DNA of 64,000 bases from a virus. Below, one piece after another: positions 18,604 to 29,264 of the stretch. Position numbers and translations under genes: made by a program. The notes beneath the pieces were generated by a model that was given only the letters and a program-made list of their open reading frames with translations, was not told the DNA's origin and made no database searches. Numbering within the stretch: the stretch's first letter is position 1; each line of letters begins with the position of its first letter. The stretch lies in IMG/VR virus record IMGVR_UViG_3300025732_000017; one strand, written 5' to 3'.

Positions 18604-19926
18604 ATGACAGCCATAACAACAAGAAATTTAAGAATCAATTCAGCCGAGCAACTTCTAGAATCGGTCTCAGAACCTGCCGCAACGTATTTGTACGTTGCTT
18701 ATGGCAAAAATACACCTTGGGCAAATGATTCTCTTCCCAATACAGCCGTAGATACGACAAGCGACAGAGACGATGTCTGGAGAAACATTATTGGCGGAAA
18801 ACGAGTTACAGGTAACGATATTACTCTTGCAATAAAAAGAGTTAATTGGACAACAAATACAGTATATCAAGCGTATGATGACACTTCAAGCACGCTTTAT
18901 GATGCCAACACTCAATTTTATGTAATGACAGATGACTATAACATCTACAAGTGTCTATACAATAATAATTCAGCAAACTCTACAGTAAAACCAACATATG
19001 TTCAAGCAAGTTTCTCAAGCACAGAAGCTGATGGATATATTTGGAAATACATGTACACCCTCAATACCAGAGATAGACAAAAATTTCTGACAAATGATTG
19101 GATGCCGGTTCGTACATTGACAATTGATGATGCATCACAACAGTATGCTGTCGAACAAGCTGCCGTTGATGGTGCAATAGATGTTATTCTTGTCACAAAT
19201 GGCGGATCAAATTATACAAACACATCAAATGTTACGGTAACAATTTCTGGTGACGGTAGTGATGCGACAGCAGTTGCATATGTAAATACGATTAGTAACA
19301 CGATTGCTAATGTCGTTGTAACTACAAGAGGAACAGGATACACAACCGCAAATGTTACTGTGTCTGGTGGCGGTGGATCAAATGCGTCACTTCGTGCTAT
19401 AATTGGACCTCAAGGTGGACACGGAAAAGATCCTGTTTATGAATTGGGTGGCTCAAACATTCTTATGAGCGTTAGAATTGATGGTGATGAAGATGGAGCA
19501 TTGATTGCAAACAACGATTATAGACAAGTTAGTATAATCAAGGATCCATTGATATACAATTCATCAAATGCATTTACAAATACTGTATTTTCACAAACAT
19601 TGACTTTGTCAATTGCCGGTTCTGGTCCTGATTATGTTTCAGACGAATATGTTTATCAGGGTGCGTCTCTCGATTCTGCAACGTTTAGTGCCCGAGTTCT
19701 TTCTTGGAATACTTCAACAAACATAATGAAGGTTACAGAATATACGGGAACACCAACAACAACCACATTGAATGGGCAAGTTTCTGGCGGAAATCGTTTC
19801 ATAACTTCCATTTCAAATCCAAACTTAAAAAATCGTTCTGGACAAGTCATATACATAGACAATATAACACCAGTAACAAGAGTTGATGATCAAGCAGAAA
19901 TAATGAAGATAGTCATAAAATACTAA
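18604..19926 (+). CDS. gp8: Baseplate wedge subunit gp8
   Basis: FYVMTDDYNIYKCLYN, DGYIWKYMYT, GHG.DPVYELG, NDYRQV.IIKDP, GQVIYIDN..P.TR motifs. Confidence 0.9.
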   Translation: MTAITTRNLRINSAEQLLESVSEPAATYLYVAYGKNTPWANDSLPNTAVDTTSDRDDVWRNIIGGKRVTGNDITLAIKRVNWTTNTVYQAYDDTSSTLYDANTQFYVMTDDYNIYKCLYNNNSANSTVKPTYVQASFSSTEADGYIWKYMYTLNTRDRQKFLTNDWMPVRTLTIDDASQQYAVEQAAVDGAIDVILVTNGGSNYTNTSNVTVTISGDGSDATAVAYVNTISNTIANVVVTTRGTGYTTANVTVSGGGGSNASLRAIIGPQGGHGKDPVYELGGSNILMSVRIDGDEDGALIANNDYRQVSIIKDPLIYNSSNAFTNTVFSQTLTLSIAGSGPDYVSDEYVYQGASLDSATFSARVLSWNTSTNIMKVTEYTGTPTTTTLNGQVSGGNRFITSISNPNLKNRSGQVIYIDNITPVTRVDDQAEIMKIVIKY

Positions 19927-19935
19927 GGAAGTCAG

Positions 19936-22900
19936 ATGACAGATAAGATTGTTCCATCAGAAACCGTATCAACACCATACTATAATGATTATGACGAAAC
20001 AAAAGATTTCTATAGTGTTTTATTTCGTCCTGGATTTGCCGTTCAGGCTCGCGAACTAACACAGCTTCAAACAATTCTACAAAAGCAAGTACAGCGCTTT
20101 GGTGATCACGTTTTCAAGAATGGTAGCATTGTAACTGGCGCACAAATTTCAACATCGTTCGCTACTGCTTTAAATCTATCATCTCAATATTCTGGCTCTG
20201 ACATTACTGTCACAAACTTTGATCGCAAATATGTAAACAATACGACAAATACGACTTCAACAATTGCATCCGCATTCGTTCTTAAGACTGAATCTGGCAC
20301 AACTCCAGTTTTGATGGTCAAGTATATTACCGGCGATGAGTTTGCAAATGATACGATCAATGCAGCTAACTCTAGTGATTTTGCTGTAGTTTCTGGTCCC
20401 CAGGGAACAGGTTCAGTTGCAAGTATTTCAGAAGGCGTGATGTTTGTTGATGGTTATTTTGCTAGAGTTGCTGATCAAACAATCATTTTGGAAAAATATT
20501 CAAAAACACCATCTTATAGAGTTGGTCTAGAATTAAACAAGACTATCGTTTCTCCAACTTCAGACACATCTCTTCTTGATCCTGCACTGGAAGCATCGAA
20601 TTATCAAGCGCCGGGTGCGACAAGATACAAGTTGGAACTCGTTCTTGCAAAAAGAACACTAACAAGTACTGACGATAGTCAATTCATTGAACTTCTTCGT
20701 GTTGAAAATGGTGTGATAAAAAACATCATCAAATATCCTATCTATTCAGAATTAGAAAAAACATTGGCAAGAAGAACCAATGACGAGTCAGGTAGTTACA
20801 CTGTACGTCCATTCAATATTCGTCTAAGAGATCATGCGAATACGACACCAAATGCTGAATTGTTCACTGTTAGCCTAAGTCCAGGAAAAGCATATGTTCA
20901 AGGATTTGAGTATGAATTAGTATCTCAACTAGACTTGACAAATGAACGTTCTCGCACGACATCAAACGTAAATAATTATCCACTATCATTGAACTATGGT
21001 AATTATGTAATTTGTACAAATGCAAATTCAACAGGTGGAGCAACAGCAACTGGATTCTTCAAGATTGATGATTCCGGTATTGGTCCACAACTTGTAGACC
21101 TGCATTCAGTAATTCGTAGTTCAATTAACACCAATAATTCTACTGTATATGCTGCAACAAAAATAGGTACGGCAAGAGTTGTGAGCGTTGACTATGATAG
21201 TGCATCAAATACTCAAAATTCACAAACATATAATTACAGAGTTTATTTGAATGATTTTACATTTTCAAATGTAACGGGAACCATATTTGCAAATACATCA
21301 AATGATAGGATTGTTCTTGCAAATATTGCTAATTTAGCAGCTGCACAAACTGTCTCAGCAGTTGCAAATGCATATACTGGTGCAATAATAAGAATTGCAA
21401 ACGGGTCTCTGTCTGGATTAACAAGAACAATCGTGAACTATGACGGTTCAACAAGAACCGCAATCCTAGATTCTAATTTGTCAATGACATCAGTTTCCGC
21501 AAATGTAGATCGTTGGTCGATTGATTTCTCGGCTAAAGATGTTGAAGCATTTGCAAACATCGTCGCCGGAACAACGACAACACCAGTTTCCATTGGTGGT
21601 TCGATGGATGTGTCTGCATCAAGTAGAGTTACAAATCCATTGACCGCAAATACATCGGGTTCGACGCAGATTACTGACCCAAGATTTAGCAAATATTTGT
21701 TTGAACTGCCGCAAAATTATATTGCAACTGGTATAAGCGATCAGACATACGACTATTTCAAAGTACTTCAAACTGCAGTTCCTTTCACTTCAGGCGTAAC
21801 TAGCGCAATTAGTGCTGGCGCAGGAGAGGTCTTCCTTTCAAATGGAACTCAGTCGTCAACCCAAACTCTAGAAAATTTCATTGTCATAATTCGTGACAAT
21901 CAAGGATCCACAATTGGAGCAAATGGTTCAATTCTTCCATTTACGCCAACTGGCGCTTCAATCGTAGTCAACAACGGCGGAACACCAACTGCAACATTTA
22001 CCGCATATCGTGCAAATACGTTTACTGCAGATATTCTTGCAAAGGTTACGATCAATTCTGGCACGAAGATAAACGAAAAGTTAAAAACGTTCATTTCCTC
22101 AAACTCTACTCATATTCTGACACAAGGTGGAACTGCAAATGCTACATTTGCAAACGTGTCTGTTTATTCAGCAGTGGGTCAGGTTCACTTGTCAAATCCT
22201 AATAAGACACCGGGTCTAAAGGATAGTCTATATACTTCAGACGTATATCAAATTGACAAGATTTATGATATTGGAACTGCAGCGTTTACTTCAGGAACCG
22301 CATTATCCGCATACACAGATATCACAGCAAGATATTCTATTGATACCGGTCAGAGAGACGATCATTATGATCACGGCGGTATCACATTCTTACCAGGATA
22401 TTCTCCACCTACAGGTAATGTCGTGGTGTGCTTTAGTTACTTCAAGCACGAATCAGGTAGTAGCGATGGATTGGGCTATTTCTCGGTCGATTCATATCCA
22501 TTCTATGCAAATATACCACAGTATATAAGTGCATCTTCTGGCGAAACACACGATTTAAGAGATTGTATCGACTTTAGACCAAGAAGACAAGACAATTCAA
22601 ATACATCGCCCGGTTATACTCTTCAAAACTTTAGAATTGGATTACCAAATCAGGAATTCTCTGCCGATTATCAGTACTATTTGGCAAGAAGAGATAAAGT
22701 TGTTCTTACAAAAGATAGAGTATTTCAAGTTATAAAGGGTGTTCCATCTCTAAATCCAGTCTCACCACGAGAGCCTGAAGGATCAATGGTTCTTTATAAC
22801 TTGACCGTGCCTCCGTATACAGCAAGTCCTGCAAACGTAATCATAAAGTTTGTAGAAAACAAGCGTTACACCATGCGAGATATTGGCGCGATTGAAAAGC

Positions 22901-24555
22901 GTGTTGAAAATCTAGAGTATTATACAGCATTGAATCTTCTAGAAAAAGATACCGAAGTCATGTCGATCAAAGATGTCAACGGTCTTGATCGCACAAAGAA
23001 TGGTATTCTTGTTGATTCATTCAAGGGACACTCAATAGGTGATGTAAGAAATCTTGATTATAAGTGTTCTATTGACTTTAGAACAGAAGAATTAAGACCA
23101 CAAACAAATACAAACGCACATTTCTTGGATTATGATTTTTCAACAAGCACCGCAGTTGTTTATAACTCGGGTCTTGTCACTCTTCCATTTACGGAAGAGA
23201 TCATGATAACTCAAAATGTAGCATCGCAAACAGTAACTGTTCAGCCATACTTGTTTGCAAGATTTGTCGGATCTGTATACATGATTCCTGAGTCTGATTG
23301 GTACTTTGAAAAGTACGAATTGCCAGATGTCAATATAAATTACTCGGGTGAAAATGATGGATACTCAAGTCTACAATCTGCTCTCACAGGTGCAGTATCT
23401 ACGTTTGATACTGAGTTTGGTCATTGGGAAACAAGATCAACCGGTGCAGAAATTGTTACATCCGAAGTAAACGAGCAAGGCAGAAACGGTCTTCAAATTT
23501 GGGAAAACGGAGTAAATAGAACAACAACAGTTGGTGGATTCCAAAATGGATTCCTTAGACGTTCATCATTTGATCAAATATCTCAAGTTGTCAATGACCG
23601 CGTCGTTAATCTTGGCGTAACACCAATCATGCGTCAAATTGACATTGACTTTGTCGGAATGTCATTGAAGCCTAGAAAAGTCGTTTATTATTACTTTGAC
23701 GATGTCAACGTTACGGGTTATGTGCAAAGGGCAAACGAACTTGTATTTTCTGGTAATAATTTCTTTGATATTGTGAATAGTGAAAAAATTACGTCTGGTG
23801 CAAATGCTGCAAACGTGATTCTATCACGAACATTATCTTCAACAAACGTTGCTTATATCACCGATGTCGTAGGAAATGTTCTTGTAGGTCAAACATGGAC
23901 AGGTGCAAGATCTGCAAATACCGCGACTGTTGTGTCGTATAGACATTATTCAGGAACAGCAAGAAGTGCAAATTCAACTGCAATAAATCTATCGTTTGAT
24001 GCGGCAAATACTGATAGTTTTTATGTCGGAAATACAATGTATTTTGTTGATGGTCTTGGTGTTGGCGAGTCTTATAGAATCGACTCATATGTCGGCTCAA
24101 CAAGAACCGCTTCAAACACAGCAGGATTTACAACTATACCAGGATCAAATACAAGATATTCGATTGGTAACTCAAAGACAAATGAATTTGGTCAAATTGC
24201 AGGTACATTTGTAGTGCCTAAGAATTCAACGATCAAGTTTAGAACTGGCGAAAGAAAGTTCAAGATCATTGACGTTGCAAATGGAGTTTCTGCAAATTCA
24301 ACGACCGTCGGTGAAGGCCGATTCATAGCACAGGGTCTACTCGGCGTTTCAATTGGAGTTACAGCAACCAGAGTACCATCACCAACTTATTATCCAAGCG
24401 GTTCATATTATTACGATTCTGACGCCATGGGAGCATCATCTGGACATGGTGGTTTGGGTGATCCTGGTACTATGGGTGGTGGTGGCGGATCATTTGGTCC
24501 AGATGGAAACGACGGCTCCGGCGACGGCGCCGCCGGAGGTGGAATTGGAAATTAA
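19936..24555 (+). CDS. Large virion structural protein, VrlC/DUF4815-like (N-terminal part)
   Basis: PYYNDYDE.KDFY.VLFRPGFAVQARELTQLQTILQ.Q, YTMRDIG.IEKRVENLEYYT.L.LLE and KNGILVDSF motifs. Confidence 0.8.
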   Translation: MTDKIVPSETVSTPYYNDYDETKDFYSVLFRPGFAVQARELTQLQTILQKQVQRFGDHVFKNGSIVTGAQISTSFATALNLSSQYSGSDITVTNFDRKYVNNTTNTTSTIASAFVLKTESGTTPVLMVKYITGDEFANDTINAANSSDFAVVSGPQGTGSVASISEGVMFVDGYFARVADQTIILEKYSKTPSYRVGLELNKTIVSPTSDTSLLDPALEASNYQAPGATRYKLELVLAKRTLTSTDDSQFIELLRVENGVIKNIIKYPIYSELEKTLARRTNDESGSYTVRPFNIRLRDHANTTPNAELFTVSLSPGKAYVQGFEYELVSQLDLTNERSRTTSNVNNYPLSLNYGNYVICTNANSTGGATATGFFKIDDSGIGPQLVDLHSVIRSSINTNNSTVYAATKIGTARVVSVDYDSASNTQNSQTYNYRVYLNDFTFSNVTGTIFANTSNDRIVLANIANLAAAQTVSAVANAYTGAIIRIANGSLSGLTRTIVNYDGSTRTAILDSNLSMTSVSANVDRWSIDFSAKDVEAFANIVAGTTTTPVSIGGSMDVSASSRVTNPLTANTSGSTQITDPRFSKYLFELPQNYIATGISDQTYDYFKVLQTAVPFTSGVTSAISAGAGEVFLSNGTQSSTQTLENFIVIIRDNQGSTIGANGSILPFTPTGASIVVNNGGTPTATFTAYRANTFTADILAKVTINSGTKINEKLKTFISSNSTHILTQGGTANATFANVSVYSAVGQVHLSNPNKTPGLKDSLYTSDVYQIDKIYDIGTAAFTSGTALSAYTDITARYSIDTGQRDDHYDHGGITFLPGYSPPTGNVVVCFSYFKHESGSSDGLGYFSVDSYPFYANIPQYISASSGETHDLRDCIDFRPRRQDNSNTSPGYTLQNFRIGLPNQEFSADYQYYLARRDKVVLTKDRVFQVIKGVPSLNPVSPREPEGSMVLYNLTVPPYTASPANVIIKFVENKRYTMRDIGAIEKRVENLEYYTALNLLEKDTEVMSIKDVNGLDRTKNGILVDSFKGHSIGDVRNLDYKCSIDFRTEELRPQTNTNAHFLDYDFSTSTAVVYNSGLVTLPFTEEIMITQNVASQTVTVQPYLFARFVGSVYMIPESDWYFEKYELPDVNINYSGENDGYSSLQSALTGAVSTFDTEFGHWETRSTGAEIVTSEVNEQGRNGLQIWENGVNRTTTVGGFQNGFLRRSSFDQISQVVNDRVVNLGVTPIMRQIDIDFVGMSLKPRKVVYYYFDDVNVTGYVQRANELVFSGNNFFDIVNSEKITSGANAANVILSRTLSSTNVAYITDVVGNVLVGQTWTGARSANTATVVSYRHYSGTARSANSTAINLSFDAANTDSFYVGNTMYFVDGLGVGESYRIDSYVGSTRTASNTAGFTTIPGSNTRYSIGNSKTNEFGQIAGTFVVPKNSTIKFRTGERKFKIIDVANGVSANSTTVGEGRFIAQGLLGVSIGVTATRVPSPTYYPSGSYYYDSDAMGASSGHGGLGDPGTMGGGGGSFGPDGNDGSGDGAAGGGIGN

Positions 24556-24596
24556 TAAAGATATTTACAAATTAGATTGAACAGGAAAAATAAAAA

Positions 24597-26108
24597 ATGC
24601 CAGCATTAGTAGCACAAACATTTTCTATAGACGCATTTCTCTATCGTGAAGGCGTGTTTCTATCTAGTGTCGATCTATTTTTTGTCAATAAGGATTCCTC
24701 AGGCATTCTTCCCATCGAAGTTCAATTACGACCAACAAGAAATGGATTTCCTCTTTCTAGTTACGCAATTCCAAATTCGCGTGTTTCGATTGATGCAATT
24801 CGTGTAAATACATCTGATTTGCCTGATACGACAGATCCTGATACAGCAACAACATTTAAATTTCCTGCTCCAGTTTATCTTGAGCCAGGGGGTGAATATG
24901 CACTTGTAGTCTATTCTGATAGTCCTGAGTATGTTCTTCACTCCGCTAAAATTGGCACACCAATTCTTGGAACAGATAGACTTGTCTCTAAACAGCCAGC
25001 ATCAGGTGTGTTATTCAAGCCGCAAAATGCTTCACAATGGGTTCCTTTTGCAGATGAAGACTTGATGTATGTTCTTCGTAAATGCGTATTTACGACAGGT
25101 AGTACTGGAACTGCAATCTTCAATGTTCGTGCACCATCTTCAAATGTTGAAATGGATGCAATGTATGTTAGAACCGATCAAGTAAAATTTGCAACTTCTA
25201 GTGTTGATTACGCATATAAAGCAACATTGAAATCAACAGGAACTCTTGATTCTTCTTACACATCCTTTCTAACAAACAAAGACTATGAGTTCATTGATGG
25301 TTTTGGTCGCAGAAGAATTGATGTAAATAGATCAGATCAGTTTGTTCTCAAGTCTGAAATGTCAACATTAAATGAAGACGTTTCTCCATATGTTGACGTA
25401 CAGAGAGCGGGTTTGTTTACGATTGAAAACATCATCAACAATGCAAATCTATCAAATGCAGTTGTAGTCGTTACCGACGGTGGCGCAGGTCATAATCTAT
25501 CAAATAGCATGACTGTAACAATCTCTGGTGGGAATGGAAGCGGAGCGACAGCAGTTGCAAACGTCACACCTTCCGGAACAATTGATAGGATCTATATTAC
25601 CAGCTTTGGTTCAGGATATACAGAAACACCAACAATCACAATAGAAAATGCATTTGCAACAAGAAATGCATCTGCCATCATCTTGGGTGAGACCAGAAGT
25701 TCTGGTGGTAATTATCTTGCTCGCTATATTAGCCGTCGTGTTACCTTAAATGACGGTTTTGAATCAAGTGATCTTCGAGTATTCTTGACTGCATACAAGC
25801 CTCCAGCTACAGGTATTGAGGTATATTACAAGATACTAAATGCCGATGATTCGGATGATTTTGATACGAAACCATATACAAGAATGTTACAATACACACC
25901 ATCTGGAGTAACATCCACAAACTACAATGATTATATTGAATATGAATATCGTCCATCGTTGAACACGGATTCAATTCTTTATACAAGTGGAACTACAACG
26001 TATGATACCTTCAAATATTTTGCGATAAAAATCGTGCTAAGTAGTTCGGATACAACACTTGTGCCTAAAGTTCGTGACATGAGAGCAATTGCTCTACCAG
26101 CAGGATGA
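24597..26108 (+). CDS. Virion structural protein matching the C-terminal part of VrlC-like proteins
   Basis: LVAQTF, GVFLSSVDLFF..KD, F.FPAPVYL, GVLFKPQNASQW, P.VRDMRAIAL motifs; own AGGA RBS. Confidence 0.75.
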   Translation: MPALVAQTFSIDAFLYREGVFLSSVDLFFVNKDSSGILPIEVQLRPTRNGFPLSSYAIPNSRVSIDAIRVNTSDLPDTTDPDTATTFKFPAPVYLEPGGEYALVVYSDSPEYVLHSAKIGTPILGTDRLVSKQPASGVLFKPQNASQWVPFADEDLMYVLRKCVFTTGSTGTAIFNVRAPSSNVEMDAMYVRTDQVKFATSSVDYAYKATLKSTGTLDSSYTSFLTNKDYEFIDGFGRRRIDVNRSDQFVLKSEMSTLNEDVSPYVDVQRAGLFTIENIINNANLSNAVVVVTDGGAGHNLSNSMTVTISGGNGSGATAVANVTPSGTIDRIYITSFGSGYTETPTITIENAFATRNASAIILGETRSSGGNYLARYISRRVTLNDGFESSDLRVFLTAYKPPATGIEVYYKILNADDSDDFDTKPYTRMLQYTPSGVTSTNYNDYIEYEYRPSLNTDSILYTSGTTTYDTFKYFAIKIVLSSSDTTLVPKVRDMRAIALPAG

Positions 26109-26109
26109 T

Positions 26110-26319
26110 ATGACAAAAGTCAAAATTACAGATACTCAATATGTCCGCGATATTCATTCAAAAGCCATTTTGAATACAAATAAGGCGCAACTTGATGAAT
26201 ACAAGGTAAAGAAGAACATGATGGCCAAAGTCAATGAAATAAATACATTAAAGCAAGAAGTTTCTGAAATCAAGGATACCATGAACAAGATACTAGCATT
26301 GTTGTCGGAGAACAAATAA
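26110..26319 (+). CDS. Small coiled-coil protein
   Basis: VRD.HSKAILNTN..EINTLKQEVSEIK pattern typical of this position. Start reassigned to ATG 26110. Confidence 0.7.
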   Translation: MTKVKITDTQYVRDIHSKAILNTNKAQLDEYKVKKNMMAKVNEINTLKQEVSEIKDTMNKILALLSENK

Positions 26320-27206
26320 TGGCAGTCAGTAATGTTGCATTGACAAATACTTTTGATCAATGGAGATTGGTTACCAATCAACTTGCTGTCATTGCAAATG
26401 ACATCCTCGATGATGGTCGTCAAACATATCGCAACTTGATTGCAAATGTTGCAACGTCAAATACCGTTGTTTCAAACGTCGTTACAATTTCGGCGATGAA
26501 TGTTGAACCAACAATTATCGCAGCCTTTGCAAAGGCTAATGCCGCAAACGTTGCATTTGATGTTGCTAATGCTGGATTTAACAAAGCAAATACTGCTGCA
26601 TCAATAGGTTCTGCGGCTTTTGACAAGGCAAACACTGCTAATGTTGTTGGATCTGGTGCATTTGACAAGGCAAATAGTGCGAATGTTGTAGCAGTCTCCG
26701 CGTTCAATGCAGCAAATACAGGTACACCTGCGGGCGTCATAATGCCTTATGCGGGATCATCTGAACCATCTGGTTGGTTGTTCTGTTCCGGTAATGCTGT
26801 TTCCAGAACAACATATTCTGGACTATTTTCTGCAATTGGAACAACATATGGTCCAGGAGATAATTCAACGACATTCAATCTACCCGATCTTCGTGGTCGT
26901 GTAATTGCTGGTCGAGACGACATGGGCGGCACTGCAGCATTGCGTGTTACTGATTCTGGCTCAAATGCAAATAGTGGCATTGCTGGAACTACGCTTGGTG
27001 CAAATGGCGGTACACAGACACACATACTAACAACAGCTCAGCTGCCTACGTTTAACATGAGAAGCACTACAGCCACAAGTTCTCCTGCACATGGTGATTT
27101 TGCACCATTCCCTGTTGCTGATGATGTAAATGTCACAGTCGGTGAAAATTATCCACACTTGAATATGCAGCCAACAATAATTCTCAATTACATAATTAAA
27201 ACATAA
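26319..27206 (+). CDS. Short tail fibre with tail-collar domain
   Basis: N-terminal TNTFDQWR, AFDKAN repeats, then PAG.IMPYAG...P.GWL.C.G..VSRTTY..LF.AIGTTYG.GD..TTFNLPDLRGR and NMQP..ILNYIIK. Confidence 0.85.
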   Translation: MAVSNVALTNTFDQWRLVTNQLAVIANDILDDGRQTYRNLIANVATSNTVVSNVVTISAMNVEPTIIAAFAKANAANVAFDVANAGFNKANTAASIGSAAFDKANTANVVGSGAFDKANSANVVAVSAFNAANTGTPAGVIMPYAGSSEPSGWLFCSGNAVSRTTYSGLFSAIGTTYGPGDNSTTFNLPDLRGRVIAGRDDMGGTAALRVTDSGSNANSGIAGTTLGANGGTQTHILTTAQLPTFNMRSTTATSSPAHGDFAPFPVADDVNVTVGENYPHLNMQPTIILNYIIKT

Positions 27207-27217
27207 CGGAAATTTAA

Positions 27218-27625
27218 ATGTCAAATAGCACTCAATTTGAAGCCGAAAAACACAAAAAATTTGCTCTTTTAGTTAGTGAATTTACTTTTGGGTTTTCACA
27301 CAAAGATTTTTTGTGTGATGGTGTAACATATTGTTTTAGTCTACACGAATTTGCACATCTACTTATAGGCTATATCGGTGGTGTTCAAACATTTCCTGTT
27401 AGAACACATGACGGAACATTGCTGACATTAAATAGACAGCAGCTTGAAAAACTATTTGGTGCAGCATACATGAACGTACTAAAGCAGAGAGATATTGAAT
27501 TTGCAGCAAATTATAAAAAATGGATTGATTGCGAGACAATTGAAGATCTGAATAATTTGAATCCAAAAGAAGGATGGAGTTATAGATCAGTCGCACTTGA
27601 AGCCTATGAGAATGCTAAAAAATAA
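27218..27625 (+). CDS. Putative tail-fibre assembly chaperone (DUF4376-like)
   Basis: 135 aa immediately after a fibre gene; ends with an I.CETIEDL..L-type motif. Confidence 0.5.
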   Translation: MSNSTQFEAEKHKKFALLVSEFTFGFSHKDFLCDGVTYCFSLHEFAHLLIGYIGGVQTFPVRTHDGTLLTLNRQQLEKLFGAAYMNVLKQRDIEFAANYKKWIDCETIEDLNNLNPKEGWSYRSVALEAYENAKK

Positions 27626-27639
27626 CGGAGTCGATTTAG

Positions 27640-28350
27640 ATGGCCATCAGTAATGTATCACTAACGAATACGTTTGACGAATGGAGAGTGACTACAAATC
27701 AGCTTATCGTTGTAACTAACGATTTGCTTGGTGATGGCTTAACAACATATCGTAGTGTTACTGCAAATGTCGTTACTGCAAATACATTATTTTTTGGTTC
27801 ATTGAATGTAGTTACACTTTTAGCATCAACATTTGATCGTGCAAATGCAGCTAATCTTGTGGCAAATGTTGCATTTGATACAGCAAATGCAGCTTTTGCA
27901 AAAGCAAACATAGCAAATAACAATGCTAGCAATACGGTCTTAAAAACTGGCGACACGATGACAGGAACACTCGTTGTTCCTACAATAAATGTTAGTCAAA
28001 ATTTAAGAGTTACTGGCGGAACAGTAGATATAACAGCTGCAAATATTCTATCACAAACGCTGACTGACGCAAACACAATTTCTTGGGACGCTTCTCTCGG
28101 TCAGATTGCTACAGTAACACTTGGTGGCAATAGAACTCTTGCAAATGCAACTAATCTGAGAGTTGGTACATATGTTCTGCACGTTATTCAAGATGGAACT
28201 GGTGGTAGAACATTGACATTCTCAAATCAATATAGATTTACAGGAAACGTTTCTCCACCATTAACAGCGAATGCAAATTCGAGAGATATGTTTTCATTTG
28301 TATCCGATGGCACTAGATTATATGGCGCTCTAATACCTGATGTCGGATAA
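27640..28350 (+). CDS. Short fibre/adaptor protein
   Basis: N-terminal TNTFDEWR, AFD.AN repeats, C-terminal SQTLTD..WDAS..VTLGGNRTLAN..QDGTG.RTL..YGALIPDV domain. Confidence 0.8.
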   Translation: MAISNVSLTNTFDEWRVTTNQLIVVTNDLLGDGLTTYRSVTANVVTANTLFFGSLNVVTLLASTFDRANAANLVANVAFDTANAAFAKANIANNNASNTVLKTGDTMTGTLVVPTINVSQNLRVTGGTVDITAANILSQTLTDANTISWDASLGQIATVTLGGNRTLANATNLRVGTYVLHVIQDGTGGRTLTFSNQYRFTGNVSPPLTANANSRDMFSFVSDGTRLYGALIPDVG

Positions 28351-28358
28351 TTTCTAGC

Positions 28359-29264
28359 ATGTTTACAACAATAGTCACACGACCAAATCAAGTAATAAGA
28401 ATTTCAAGCATTGCAAATAATGTGAATTTGCGTGCAAGTGCAAACACACCAACATATCCTGTAAATCTATTTTGTTTTGTTGATGCAAATGTATCAAGTA
28501 ATGTTTTTAATGGTCCTGCGCTAAGACTTGGAACAGGATGGGCCAACTCGACATATTTCTTCATAAGAAATACCGCAAACATTGTTGGTAATGTAGGCAA
28601 CACGGGAGTTAGTGGGACAGGTGGTGCTGGTGGAAGAGGTTCCGGTTATAATGGTTCTCCTGTTGATGGACAATCGGGTTCAGCTGGAGGAACAGGATTG
28701 GCTGGTGCAAATGGTTCTCCGGGATTTCAAGCAGAAACAGGCAATCAAGTTCTAAAAATATATTTTAATAATTTAGGAATAGTTAGAGGCGGCACTGGTG
28801 GTCCAGGTGGTTTTGGCGGTGGCGGCGGTGGCGGCGGTGGATCAACTGGTTATCTATTGGTTCCTAGCAAGGGCGTCCCGTACTATAATTATTATGGTGG
28901 TGGTGGCGGTGGCGGCGGTGCAGGTGTTTCTGGAGGAACTGGTGGTGCTGGTGGCGTATCATTGTACGTTCCTTCAGGCTCCGCGGGATCAAACGGAACG
29001 GCATCACTAGGTGGAGCTGGTGGTGCAGCATCACCTGGCGGCAGTCCGCCCGGCGGCGCTGGGGGTCCTGGCGGAAACACGGCACAAGCAGGATTTGGTG
29101 GCGCAAATGGAGGCGGTTATGCATTCAATGCAACTCTTGGAGCAAAACCGGGAGGCACTGCTGGTGCTACAGGAAATATAGGAAACACAGGCTTTGCTAT
29201 TGCAGGAAATAATTTAATTACGTTTATTGCTATTGGAACTCTAAGCGGCAACACAAGCAATTAA
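28359..29264 (+). CDS. Glycine-rich fibre-tip adhesin, gp38-like (copy 1)
   Basis: I.N...I.G..G and N.G.V.GG.GG..GGGGGGG polyglycine blocks like T-even gp38 adhesins; follows an adaptor gene. Confidence 0.7.
   Translation: MFTTIVTRPNQVIRISSIANNVNLRASANTPTYPVNLFCFVDANVSSNVFNGPALRLGTGWANSTYFFIRNTANIVGNVGNTGVSGTGGAGGRGSGYNGSPVDGQSGSAGGTGLAGANGSPGFQAETGNQVLKIYFNNLGIVRGGTGGPGGFGGGGGGGGGSTGYLLVPSKGVPYYNYYGGGGGGGGAGVSGGTGGAGGVSLYVPSGSAGSNGTASLGGAGGAASPGGSPPGGAGGPGGNTAQAGFGGANGGGYAFNATLGAKPGGTAGATGNIGNTGFAIAGNNLITFIAIGTLSGNTSN

Noticed and set aside
19936-26108. Frameshift or readthrough joining the two VrlC-like ORFs
   Set aside because: A 41-nt spacer with an independent AGGA RBS and no slippery heptamer near the stop.
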